Source: the human T2T-CHM13v2.0 reference genome, Homo sapiens
NCBI RefSeq assembly: GCF_009914755.1
Contig: NC_060932.1
Direction: 5' to 3' (one strand)
DNA length: 64,000 bases
Shown in pieces: positions 12,295 through 25,500 of the stretch (its first letter is position 1; every line of letters begins with the position of its first letter). The notes below the pieces were generated by a model that was given only the letters and a program-made list of their open reading frames with translations, had not been told where the DNA came from and did not search any database. The position numbers and the translations under genes are program-made.

Positions 12295-14644
12295 GCATGC
12301 ATATGATCAACAAATGGGCTTTAACGAGAAAATAGAGCAAATAGGACAGAAACAGTACACAAAGACATCACAGAAGAAAATATTCCTAAAGTTAATGAAG
12401 ATTTCAAACTGCTGGCTGAAAGAATTTACCATAAATATCAAAATTACCAACAACAATTAAATATATATTATAATAAATCTTGTGAATTTCAACATTTAAA
12501 AAATATGCTACAGGCAGGGTGGCAAAAGTAACTTAGAAAGGAAAATAGTCAGGTTGACTTCAAAACAAATATTCAAAAACAAAGTATTCCAGAAGGAAAT
12601 GGCAAAGTATCTGTAGAGTTTTGAAGGGGAGGGGAAATGAAATATGAAATTTTGTATATCCAGCCAAATTCTATTTATATGTATTGACAATAGAAAAGCA
12701 AACTCAAAAGTTGATGCATAGCATTCTCCGAAAAACCTACTTGAGGATAAAGTCTAACCAACTAAGAAATTAATCAAAACAAGTCATGAATGAAGAATTA
12801 TTTGAAAAATGTAATTTTGAACATTTAATCTATATAAACACAGTGTTGGACCCAAGTAGTTTTGTTAATTATGTTGAACAAAAATATTATAAATATCAAA
12901 TTATTCAAAGACAAAGTATGTTACATAGAAAATACTGACTGACATATAATGTAGTAATAATTTTGCTAGGAAAGTGAATATAACAATAATACCCAGATAT
13001 TAAAGTCTAAGTCACCTGGTTTCTTCATCTTTAATAGACAAAAATTAATATTATTTACCTTTTCAATTGTATTAAGTTATAATTGTGTTTTAGCAATTAG
13101 TTAAACACATCAAATATTCACAACCAGATGAAAATGTTCAGTTCTCAAAAAACTGACCCAGCAAGGAACATAAACATAGCAAAAGATACACAAGTGAGCG
13201 CAGACCACGTGGCAACATAAAAAAATTTTAAAAGAAAAATAAATAAGTAAAATGTGAAACAATATAAAAAAGGAGAAAGCATAAAAGCAGAAAATAAAAT
13301 AACAATATAAAACCAAAAATATCAATTACATTTATGTTTATAAAAGTAATTGATAACTTACCTACTCAAAGAAAAATATTAGAATGAAGATATAACTTCA
13401 GGCTACAAAAAACATAGCTATAAAGAAGGTATTTATTAAGACTGAAACAAAAATGATAAGCAAATACATAACAGATAAATGAAAAGTAAAATAAAGCCAC
13501 ATACAACTGAAACAGAAGAAACTAGATTTTCAATAACTATGTCTTGCAATGTTGAATTCCAAATTAAAGAATTAAATGGGACAAAAAGAGTCCTATTTTA
13601 TTGAAGACGTAATGCCCAATGAACATATAACTCTCCTTCACTCTATGTGCCAAATAAAATTAAATTAAACTATATAAAATAAAAATCTGTTTAAAATGAA
13701 GTGAAAATTTTACTGAAACACACCAGATATAGGAAACTTAAACACTGTCCAAATTCAAATATAAGATACACTTAATATACTAAACAGATTATACCTGTTC
13801 TGAATGATATAACAAGTAAAGTTTTGATATATACTGTATCATTTCAAACTCTATGTATCTAAATCCCATAGGTGATAAATAAAAAGGTTTCTATTGTTTA
13901 TGTGCAAAATTTACATTTTTTAAAAAAGTTGATTATACAAAATGTGAAGGAAATTTAAGTAAATTTCAAAGATAGCAACACTTTTTTTATCACAATGCAA
14001 CTAAATGAGAAATAAGTAACAGACGTACAAATAATTGACAAACTTAAATATTTTAAACTCTAAATTAAACTCTAAATTTTAAACTCCAATCTCATTGATT
14101 GGAGAATCAATGAGAATGTCAAAATCATAATTAAAATATTAAATAACAATAAAGAAAATACTCATAATCAAACTTACTGAATGCAAACAAAATTGTTTCC
14201 AGTGGGCGATTCACAGCCTTAAACAACCTTATTACCAAATACGAATTGGTAAAAATAATTAGTATTTAATTCAAAAGATTTGAAAAATAAGTAAACAAAT
14301 CTAAGAAAACATATGAAATAAATTCACACTTATAAAAACTAAACTCAATAAATTAGTGCTTCATAAATTCCAAAGAATAAAACAGATAAATCCACTAGTT
14401 TTCAAGAAATTTAAAAAAAAAGAAAATATACAATACTAGAAGTGATAAAGGGGGTATATTCACAGATTTAATAAAAATTAGATAACTTAAAAAAAACTTT
14501 ATTTGATAGTATACAAGTAAAATTTTAAAAAAAAGGATAACAAGTATTTTATGGAAAAATTAAAGTTACTCAAATTTTCTCAACAAAGGTAAGAACATTT
14601 AAATTGATTAATAACCACTGGGAAGAAAAATTAAGGATACTTCA

Positions 14645-15016
<372 letters not shown>

Positions 15017-15924
15017 TCAAATGGCTCCAAACAGAATTGATAGGGACTCAGGAGTTTTTTAATGAAATATGTAATTCTGAAAAAACGAGGGTTCTTCCTA
15101 ACGTCTTCCTGAGGCTGTAACCCTGGAAACAGTCTGGACTCATGGCCAGCTAAATCAGAAATAAATTTTAAAACCTTTATTTTTCTAGGCAGAATCAGAA
15201 GCCTGGAGAAGGTGGACAGTTAAATAAAACATCAGTTCACACTTATTAAAAGCAGGAGAGGCAAAGTTCCTTGCCAAATTGGCTTGAAGCAATTGTGTGG
15301 CAGGTATGCTTTTAATGAAGATCATTTCTCCACCTTCCTGTTTTAATTTGATTTCTCTGGCAGAGTTGGGCTTCCTTGGCTTGGAGGAAATGTGCTTAAC
15401 TGCCACCATCTCAACCCTCAACCGTGAACCAGACAGAACTGAATTCTTTCACCACGTGGGCAGCTTGGCGTTTGACTTCCACATAACAGCGTGGCCTCCA
15501 CCAAAGTCCTGGAGAGTCTACAGGAGGAAAGGAGAGGCTGCCACATTTGGCTGGGACTGGTCACGTGATGTGAGTGGCAGAGGCTTTGTCCACTTTAAGC
15601 TAAATTATAAACTGTATTTTCTTCCCAAATGTGTGACCCCTAGCTAGCTGGCCTTTGTAAACATCTCCATGCCACCGTACAAGTGCTTCTCAAGCTAGAA
15701 GCGTGGCTGGGCCTACAGACTGTGCTCAGTTCTAGAGCAGGCTGGGGCTGCATTCTTATCTCACCTCTGGGGCTCTCCACATTTAACCACGCTCTTTCTA
15801 TAGATTGCATAAAAATGTCATGGCCATTTCATGGTTTTCCAAATAGGTTCAAAATTGTATCAGAAAGTGGAATGTCCCGCAAGGCCTGAATCCAGGTAAT
15901 CAAGAGTTTGCTAAGCATGTCTGC

Positions 15925-16414
15925 CTTCGTTTCCCATGGCAGCTGTAGCAAATCAAAATGAATGTCATAGTTTAAACCAACACATTTTTTTTCATCTTCC
16001 ACTTTATGAGATTAGAAGTCCAAAATGGTCTTACAGGCTAAAATTAAGATGTTGGAAGAGCTGCATTTCTTCTGGAAGTTCTAGAGGAAAATCTGTGTAC
16101 CTGCCTTTTCCGGCTTCTAAAAGCCACTGCTGTGTCCTGGGTCATGGTCCCTTCTTTCATTGCTAAACCACATCACTGCAACCTCTGCTTCCACTTTGCA
16201 TCACCTCTTCTGACTTTGGCCCTCTTGCCTCCCTCTTACAGGGACACTTGTGACTATTTTGGGTCCATCCAAATAGTGTAGGATAATCTTCTCTTCTCTA
16301 GATGGTTAACTTAATCACATCTGCAAAATCTCTTTTGCTATGTAACATAATGTGTCCACAGGTAACAGGAGATAGGACCTGGACATTACTGGGGAGCATT
16401 TTTCTGTCTACTAC
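15925..16414 (-). mobile_element. MLT1C/D-like MaLR solo LTR
   Basis: cttctggaagttctagaggaaaatctg...ttaatcacatctgcaaaatctcttttgctatgtaac...catttttctgtctactaca. Confidence 0.85.
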
Positions 16415-16840
16415 AGTGCCCTCTATGAAATCCCATGGTACCTGCCTACAAGGACACATACCCTGGCAATATAATTCAACCAGGCAAGAGCTGCTACAAC
16501 GTGATGTGTGAGTAAGATCCAGTGAAAAAACAAGAGGTGCAACAAGTGTTAGGAGGTTAAAGAAGAGAGAGCACATCTTGTTAGGGAGTGGTCCAAGGAG
16601 CCATCATGGAAGGAGGGGCCAAGGAATTGAACTAGATCTTAAAGGATGAAGGAGAAGTTTGCTTCTCTGTGTCCCAAAGGGAGCTTTGATGGGCAGTGGT
16701 TGGTTAAGGATATATAATGGCGGCACTTTCATCACTTTCCTTTTAGAGGCATCTTCAGACATACAAATACCAAATAAATGGCTTTTTAGAGAGAAAGAAG
16801 TCAGAGAATTTAGCTTTGGAGTGGGCCCTCACAGTTCTAA

Positions 16841-17197
<357 letters not shown>

Positions 17198-17884
17198 TGA
17201 GCTGGGGTTAATTGGGTCAGGGATATGTCCAAATGCAGCCTCTGTTTTTATTTGGAAAAAGCCTCTGCCAATTCCTCTAATCAATGAGGAGGGAATGTGT
17301 CCTCATTTCCTAAGTTGGAACTCGGAATCTCTCTCTCATGGAGAGAAGCAAACAGAAGCCAAACAGAATGTAAAGTGTCATTGGAACACACATAGATTCT
17401 TGGTTGGAAAGGCCTTCAGAAAGCATCTAGTCTCTGTTCGGCTCTTGCTATCCTGTTTATTTTTTAATTGTTACTTTCAGTTTAATTTGAGCCACTTGAA
17501 CTCTGCCATTCTTTCAAGAAATATATTGAGCCAGGCACACTCTTATTCACAAGTCTAGGAAGATATAGACAGGAGGAATGTGTTCCTTTCACTGATAAAC
17601 GCAGCAAATTGAGCAGATATCATAGCAAGCTGGCCCCAACACAGTCTCCCTGCATTGTGACTACACTACAACTCCTAATTTCTAGTCAACTCCCTTCTAG
17701 GTCATCATCTGACACATTAATTTCACCTCTTGTAACATTCTGTCTCTCCAGACTGTTGATCAACACCTACCTTCGTTCACTCTTCAACCTCAGCTCACCT
17801 CTTGTGAGTAGCTAAAGAAGAAGCACAAGATGCACCTGGACCACAGCCTTCTTGCTTTCAAGGACTAGCATGTCTTGAAACCAG

Positions 17885-18262
17885 GGGTGATGCTGCTAGG
17901 CTAGACATTGTATTTACAGAAGAGAAAAAAAATCAAGCATGGTCTCTTCCCTCGAGGAGCTTATAGGCCAGTTTAAGAAACAAATATTAAACAAGTAATC
18001 ATGCAAAGGAACATATAGTAACCCCATATTCTGATAAACATTACAGATAAAGCTTTTCTATATAATCCAGAACAATGAGCAGAGGCAAGGTTTACATTGG
18101 GCTATCAGGAGTGGCTTCATGGGTAGCTGAGAAGTAAATGTTGGATAGGGCTTGGACAAAAATCAATTGGGAGGGAGGGGAGCTTTCCTGGAACAGCACA
18201 TGCAAAGATCCTGGAGCTGGAAAGAGCTTAGGTATTTGAATACCTGAATGATGGGCAGTGTC
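17885..18262 (-). mobile_element. L2a fragment
   Basis: catggtctcttccctcgaggagcttatagg...gaacagcacatgcaaagatcctggagctggaaagagct. Confidence 0.8.
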
Positions 18263-18789
18263 ACCCCATCACTCATCTGTCAGTCCTCTCATGTTTTCCT
18301 TCTAGGAGGGAGTTCACTTATGTTCTGCATGTCCATGTGAAATATCTGTTTGCTACGGAGTTGTAAATAAACAGACTGATTGTATAAATGTGTAATTGTT
18401 CATGTCCTATAATCTGCTTTCCTATAATCAGGTCATAAACTCCTGGTGAACTTGCCTGCAGAGTTGAAAGATTCTTACCCTTTAGCATAAAATACAGACA
18501 ACAACCATCTGTCCTAACCCAGATTAGGACTTCAGTCACACTCCATTAGAGAATCTAATGCCAACCCTCACTTAGATGAAGCCTTTTTATCACTCTGCCT
18601 CTAGATATTTTTCTTTATTCTTTGAAGATTGGGGACTAGGAAACAGAACTTCCAAGGCCCCAGGCACAGAGCTTGTGAGGAGAGCTGGTTCAGGGGCAGA
18701 GATAGCCAAGGCCAGGACAGGTAAGTCTCCAGGAGAGGATGTGGAGGAAACGGAAAAACAAAACTATGCCAATGATGTATAAATCCCTT

Positions 18790-18955
18790 TACATTTTTGT
18801 TAATTCCTAAACAATATATATAGACATTCTGATCCTTGTTTCACAGATTGAAGAACCTACCAGTGAGAGTAAATAGGTAACTTGTTTAAGCTCACAGTTA
18901 CTAAATGCTGTGCTTTTGAACCCAGGCCAGTTTCCAAAGCTCTTGTTCTTTCCCA
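18790..18955 (-). mobile_element. MIR fragment
   Basis: gtttcacagattgaagaa...aggtaacttgtttaagctcacagttactaaatg...tttgaacccaggc. Confidence 0.65.
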
Positions 18956-19708
18956 TATATTAAATACTATGACTCCCATCTGCACCAGGTCATCAAGCCA
19001 AAATGAGACTCATTTCTGCTCTCTGGAAATTCTTCTATGCAAGGGTTATCTTTTTTAGGTGGGGAGAGTATATCATGATAGATGCTTCTAACTTTTGATA
19101 AGTTTAGGTGTCAGGGACATGTCAGGTCCACAGGTCCAGGAAGAATTGTCCAAGCTAAGGTGAGGTCCAGCCAGTGAATCACCAAAGTGGAATCTAACAC
19201 CTTGAAGGCAGGGGTGTCAAGTTCTCTGGCAGAAGATCAAGTTCCCTGGCTGAGCAGGCAGGCTCGATTTTCGTCAGGAATCAAAATCCTGTTAGAATAT
19301 CAACACATAGTGGTGATCAGAGAGGATATAACTCTGTACTCAACCTTTAAGGCCAGGTTCCCCAGGAGGACACTAGCACTTTACCTGCAGGCACTTCCGA
19401 GGCCTCCACTCTGGTGGAGGAGATGCTCCCAGGACACCACTACATCTGGCTTTCACTGGCTCCAGAGAAAGGGCTGCATTCTGTCTGACAGCTGGGGAGG
19501 GCTGGGCAGGCAACAACTCCAGCTGGGACCAAAGTGTGTATTTGGAATCGGACATGTCCCTTTTGTTTCATCATGAGTAGTGTTCTATTTTCCCAATCCA
19601 GGTAGAACAACTTGGAATTTTCGGGGACACTTCCTTCAGCAAAAGGAAGTGGTACAGGCAACAAGGGACACCTGCCCAGGTATGTAAGAACAGGACAAAT
19701 TGAAAGTA

Positions 19709-19791
19709 TTAAGTTGGTGCAAATGTAATTTTGGTGGTTTTTGTCATTACTTTCAATGGCAAAAGCTGCAATTACATTTGCAGCAACCTAA
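19709..19791. mobile_element. MADE1 (Hsmar1-derived palindromic MITE)
   Basis: TA|ttaagttggtgcaaatgtaatt...aattacatttgcagcaacctaa|TA; TA TSD on both sides. Confidence 0.95.
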
Positions 19792-19939
19792 TAGCATGCA
19801 GCAGGACCAGGGGTGGCACTGCAGAAATGCTGTCTAAAATATTCTCAAGTATCTTCAACATGTAAAGCCCATTTCACGTGACTTCTCTTTTTCCTTCAAA
19901 TTTGAGGCATAAGTGACTTTCTTTCAAGGCTCTTTGTTT

Positions 19940-20146
19940 ATTCTGTAGAACTTTCTATGATGTGAAAATTTTCCATGTCTGTGCTGATGATTATGGTGGC
20001 TCCTGGCCACTTGTGGCTGCTGAACACTTGAAATGTGACTTGTGTGAATGAGGAAATGCATTTTTAATCTTACTTCATCTTAATTAATTTAAATGTAAAT
20101 GCAAATAACCACGTATGGCTAGTGGCCACCATTCTGCGCAGCACAG
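19940..20146 (+). mobile_element. MER3 (hAT-Charlie MITE)
   Basis: tagaactttctatgatg...ggccacttgtggctgctgaacacttgaaatgtg...tggctagtggccaccattctgcgcagcacag. Confidence 0.88.
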
Positions 20147-20609
20147 TTCTAGATACTCAAGCCGCATCAGCACAGCAGTTGTAATTTATTCAGCTTTGTA
20201 TTCCCAGTGTGATCACAGTATCTGGCACATGTTTTGCCCTAAATAAACATTTTCTATCTTGATTGAATGAAGAGAGGTAAGAAGGAATCATTAAATTTAA
20301 ATGATCCTACGGTGCTAAAATGGAAAGAGGACAACAATTTCTTGCTTAAATTTTGTCTCTACCTTTTACTAGTTGCATAAATTTTAGTAGGCTATAATTT
20401 AAAATGATATAATAATAACAATAGTTGGTAACATGTATGAAGTGCTCAGTGAGCGAAATCTTCCATGAGCATCAATTGGTTTGATTCTTTCAACAAGCCC
20501 ATTCTTCAGTTGAAAAAACTAAGACTAATGAGAGGTTAAGTCAAATTTTAAACTGAAGATCATGACCCATTACTAGGTGGAAAATTAATTAAGTTGGCTC
20601 TATCCAACC

Positions 20610-20794
20610 TATATATATGCAACATATGTAAATACAAATACATATACATATACAGTATTTATACATATACATATATACTATATCTGTATATGTATAGATA
20701 ACATATATATGCAACATATATGAATAACATATATGCAACATATATAAATACATATACATACACAGTATATATGTATATGTATTTATATATGCTG

Positions 20795-20848
<54 letters not shown>

Positions 20849-20856
20849 ATGTATAT
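20610..20856. repeat. Degenerate (TA/TACA/TATG)n tract containing a pure (TA) run of >20 units
   Basis: Directly visible; a similar tract continues at 21223-21275 after the THE1 LTR. Confidence 0.95.
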
Positions 20857-20861
20857 GAAGT

Positions 20862-21217
20862 TGATATGGTTTGGCTGTGTTTCCACCCAAATCTCAACTT
20901 GAATTGTATCTTCCAGAATTCCCATGTGTTGTGGGAGGGACCCAGGGGAAGGTAATTGAATCATGGGGGCTGGTCTTTCCCATGCTATTCTCATGATAGT
21001 GAGTAAGTCTCATGAGATCTGATGGGTTTATCAGGGGTTTTGCTTCTCTCTCATTCTCTTTTGCCACTACCGTGTAAGAAGTGCCTTTCACCCTCCACCA
21101 TAATTGTGAGACCTTCCCCAGCCACGTGGAACTGTAAGTCCAGTTAAACCTCTTTCTTTGGTAAATTGCCCAGTCTCAAGTATGTCTTTATTGGCAGTGT
21201 GAAAATGGACTAATATG
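20862..21217 (+). mobile_element. THE1A-like MaLR solo LTR
   Basis: tgatatggtttggctgtgtttccacccaaatctcaacttgaattgtatc...gaaaatggactaatatg; 5-bp TSD gaagt/gcagt. Confidence 0.93.
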
Positions 21218-21516
21218 GCAGTATACCTATATACACATATATATGTATGTATATATATGACATGTTTGTATGCATATTCAAAAGTGTCTGAAAGCCACTA
21301 GATTAACTAACTTTACAAGGCTATTCAACTACCTAATGGTGAGTTTAGATTTGTACCCAGGCCATCTGACTCTAAGAGTTATACCTTAACTGTTATAGTC
21401 TACAGCTGCCTATGATTTTGTAAGACATGCATTTAAATTTTAAACAACTGACTTATACATATATCTTAAGAACCTCACTCATCCATAAGGTATGGGATAT
21501 GCTTGTGCATGCATGC

Positions 21517-21517
21517 A

Positions 21518-21550
<33 letters not shown>

Positions 21551-21559
21551 TCTCTCTCT
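21517..21559. repeat. (CT)n microsatellite
   Basis: Directly visible. Confidence 0.95.
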
Positions 21560-21664
21560 GAGTAATGTCTAATATCTTTTAGACCCAGTCTATTGTCTCT
21601 GGCTGCAGACCAAGGAAAATCAATCCTGATTTAAATATCTCTAAATCAACCTAAAGGATTCCAC

Positions 21665-22122
21665 TGTGGCACAGATTCCTAGTGCTCATAGATATGCATA
21701 TCTTCCCTTTTCATATTAGGGACACTGCTAGGCTACCTTTCTCATTTGCCTTAAAGTTAGGTGGGGCCATTTATTGGGTTCTGGCCTTTGAGGCATAGGT
21801 AGAAATGTGATACACCATTGCCAGGACCAGCCTTCCAAATTCCCCACATAGGGCTCCAGGGTCTCTCCTTGTGCTCATCAACAGGCTGGATGGATAGAAT
21901 AAAGTGGAAGATTCTGGAGCTCAGAAGGGTGGCAGAGTCAAGAAACATTCCTGTTCAGTGCTACAAAGAAGTCTTGTCCCTCAATGACTATGTGGGTCCC
22001 AGGTCTCTACCTTTCCCCCTACCATGCTTTGGATTGTAATGTAAGAAACAGTCTTTGCTTGTATTATGCCAACTCTGATTTATTAATTTTATTACAGTAG
22101 TTATCCCATCCTGACTAATATA
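21665..22122 (+). mobile_element. MLT1 (H/I/J-like) solo LTR
   Basis: tgtggcacaga...agttaggtggggccat...ggttctggcc...gtagaaatgtgatacacca...cctgactaatata. Confidence 0.75.
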
Positions 22123-22339
22123 TCACATTAGTTGGTGAAATGCACAAAATAAAACAAATCTGAGATGTGTCTGTCTACTCCCATCGCATCTCCACTGTCA
22201 GTCACACTCAGACAAGGAAGACCACAGTCCAGTTGCATTCGCTCCTGGGGTCAGGAATGGGTAAGAGGTCTGTGTATTGTAGCTTGTCCTTATTGTTTAG
22301 GCCATCAGAGGAGAAGGACAATGGGTATTCAATCATCTT

Positions 22340-22555
22340 CATAACATGACTTTCAATGTATACAGTGCTTTGTAATTTCAAAAAGTGCTTTTTCAATATA
22401 TTATTTTATCTGACTAAATTGAATAGGAACAAGTATACCCATTCTACTGATGAAGAAGCTGAAACTTAAATATAGTAAGATTTACCTGACACCTCAGATA
22501 CACATGAAGGGCAAGATTATGATTTATGTCTGCAGATTCTAAATCCAGTGACTTA
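22340..22555 (-). mobile_element. MIR
   Basis: cccattctactgatgaagaagctgaaactt...gatttatgtctgcagattctaaatccagtg. Confidence 0.65.
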
Positions 22556-22664
22556 CTGAGGAGAAGGTGAAGAAGCGTGAGGCATCCAGAAGCCTGAGTT
22601 GAGGTTAGTCTACATGAAGCAAGTTCACGCTCCTGTCTACTTGCAAGAAGAAAGCTATAAATCA

Positions 22665-22880
22665 TATGTGGCATTCTAAACTTTCCAAAGTATTCTCATA
22701 ACTGCTGTCTTATTTGATCCTCATAATAACCCTGTGAAGTAAGCAAGGATGACATTATTATCCCCATTTTACAGATAAGGAAACTGAGGTCCAAAAAGAT
22801 GAAGTGATTTTTTTCCTAAGTACATAACATGTTAGTGAGAGGTTTAAGAGTTGAACCTAGGTCTCCTGACTCCCACATCC
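22665..22880 (-). mobile_element. MIR (b/c-like)
   Basis: tcttatttgatcctcataataaccctgtgaagtaag...attatccccattttacagataaggaaactgagg...gaacctaggtctcctgactcc. Confidence 0.9.
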
Positions 22881-23533
22881 AACGGTTGTTGGTGAATTGT
22901 GGTTCTTCTCCATTCCTGATCTCAGAGAACACTTTGCCTAGAATGACAGTTTCTCACCAGCCAAGGCTTTATTTTCTGGGACTCAATATCTTTTCATGAA
23001 TTGGACATTTTTCTCACTTTACTTCTAATGAATTTTAGCTCAGGGAAAATCAATGATTTTAAAGAAGATGGAAAGTTTCCTTAAGCTACTAGCTGCTTTT
23101 TTTCTTATTCTTTCTTGATTTTCATTATCCAGGACCAAGATACATTCCTGTTCAGTCCTACAGTATTTGATATTAACCAGGTGGTGTTGCAGTGGGGAGT
23201 TGCCATTGCTCTGGCAGGGTACAAGATAGGATGGATCAGGGAAGGGAGGGTACAGGGCATCACAGACTCTTGGATAAGGGATCACAGGCTCTGAAACAGC
23301 TGACAAGAAAGTAAAGATAAAACAACAACAACAGCAACAAACAGACTGAAGGTGGCCACCACTGTCAGGCACAAGTGTGCTCCATTGCCCCTGGCAGCTG
23401 AGAAGCCTGAAGATAATTTTGGGGAGAGAAGATCATAAATCATTTCAGTGATTTGGCTCAAGAAGGAACAGGAACTCCCCCCTACAAGGAATGATGGCAG
23501 GAGGCGGGGCAAAAGAAATACAGGCAGAGATGA

Positions 23534-23962
23534 TGTAGGGGCTGAATGGTGGCCCCCAGAACCTGTGAATATCATGGCATCTTACATGGCACAAGATGTG
23601 ATTAAGTTCAGGGACTTGAAAGGAGGTGCTTTTTTCCTGTGTTATTTGGGTGGGCCCTAAATGCAATCACATGTAACCTGTTCAGAGAGAGGCAGAGGCA
23701 GTTTTGAGACAGATGTACAGAGGAGAAGGTGATGTGAAGATGCAGCAGAGAGAGACATAGCAAGACAAGGAATGTCAGCAGCCACCAGAAGTTGGAAGAG
23801 GCAAGAAATGGGTTCTCCTCTAGAGCCTCTGGAGGCAGAATGGCCCTTCTGACTCCTTGACCTCAAACTTTTGGCCCCCAGAACTGTGAGAGAATGAATT
23901 TCTGTTATTTTATGCCACCAATGTTGTAGTTATTTGTACGGTACCTCTAGAAAACTAAGACT
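23534..23962 (+). mobile_element. MLT1C-like MaLR solo LTR
   Basis: tgtaggggctgaatggtggccccc...cagccaccagaagttggaagaggcaag...ccagaactgtgagagaatgaatttctg...aaactaagact; TSD gatga/gatgg. Confidence 0.9.
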
Positions 23963-25025
23963 GATGGGTTACAAGAACCAAAAGTCTGCAGAGAGGCAAA
24001 CCCAGAGAATTTAACTCTTGCCGTGTGTGTTCAGAATATGGAGGTAACAAAAGCATCTGACATGCAAGACCACAAACACATCTGACTTATGCTGGTTGGC
24101 TTGGAACATAATTCCAAATTGAGTTCTACTTTGAAATTACAATGGAAAGCAGCATGTGAGAATTCCAGGCTCCTTTGGAAGTTGAGACAACTAACAAGCC
24201 GATGAGTACCCACCATGACTTTGTAGGTTTTACACGTAATGTGATTATGATCTCTATACCCCCCAACAAAAAACACACATGCATGCCCCTTGATCTCTCC
24301 TTCCACACCCAGGAGAGAAGTCTGGGAATTTGTAAGAAGTCAGATTAGCGAAAAAGAAATTTGACACGTAATCCATAGTGTGTAGGAAGGGCTTGCAGAT
24401 AATTGCTCTTTTAGCATAATAAGGTCAAATTTATATTAATAGGAAGAAAAATGTTTCTTTATGCAGATACAAGGCACAATGAAGTTTTTTTGAATAAAAA
24501 TCTCATTCTTGAAGGATGAGATGTGACTACATTTTTTTTTTAGCTATTTGAGGGAAAAGTGAAACGATCTTCTGTGTGCCACCCACCCCCACCCTTACCT
24601 GACAAGGACACTGACATTCATATTCCCCTTCTTGGAGCAACAAAAATGGGCAGAAGAAAAAAGACATTGGATTCACAACAAGCACCAGAGACAGGGCAAT
24701 TTTCACATCAAATATTGGGATTTAATGGTTTCTGAAGGAGGGGTGGTATGTCAAAAAGTGGGAGTGGGCAGAGAGGACTTCGGGGGGCAGGCAAGATTTA
24801 ACAGACAAATGCAGTCTCCTTAAGAAAGGAGGGAGCATTTTCTTGGAACACCCTCTGAAAACTCGTGGATGTCCACATGGGACCCCTGATGATCTGCACA
24901 GGGAGATCCTGATGTTTCCTACACAGAAGGGAACACAGTTCACTAGACCCTCAACTTCCGGGTAGACTCTGCAATCTGAACCACAGCCCCTGAGTGAAAA
25001 AATTGCCTGAGGCTTCTTAGGTCAC

Positions 25026-25075
25026 ATGTGATGTGTGTGGATGTGTGTGTGTGTGTGTCTGTGTGTGTGTGTGTA
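25026..25075. repeat. Imperfect (TG)n microsatellite
   Basis: Directly visible. Confidence 0.9.
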
Positions 25076-25324
25076 TGCATGCATGTTCCCTTTGCAGAAA
25101 TTATGGCCAAGGCAGCACCTGAAATAGGGAGGGTATTAACTCCTCCACAGTTGATTAATTGAGGAACTAGGTGGGCGGAGAGGAGGAGTATGTACCCACA
25201 GTGGATGATCCAGTTGATGCTTCCAACTTCTTCACTCAGAAAATAACACAAAAGGGCAGTTACACAGATAATATAAAAATTGAAGTATTCATTAAACACC
25301 ACCACATTTTCCCATGCCCTTTAG

Positions 25325-25500
25325 GAGGTATAGTGGAAAAGGAACAAGCACTGTAATCAAATCAAATCCCAGCTCCAATACTTAGCTGTGTATCTTTAGG
25401 CACGTGATTTAATCTCTGTGAGTCCCATTTTCCTTTCTCTAAGAAAGGCCAGTGTCTATTTCCGACAGTTGAAGAACTAAATGAATGATGTATGCAATTT
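25325..25500 (+). mobile_element. MIR
   Basis: tatagtggaaaagg...caaatcccagctccaatacttagctgtgtatctttaggcacgtgatttaatctctgtgagtccc. Confidence 0.8.

Noticed and set aside
19187-19576. 129-aa ORF in unique sequence (similarly 15297-15647, 25760-26167, 34514-34825)
   Set aside because: No recognisable domain, mostly non-ATG starts, and lengths expected by chance in 64 kb of mammalian DNA
20589-20994. Y/I-rich ORFs (also the CV-rich ORFs at 3580-4049 and KER-rich ORF at 39798-39992)
   Set aside because: Translations of microsatellites and adjacent LTR sequence
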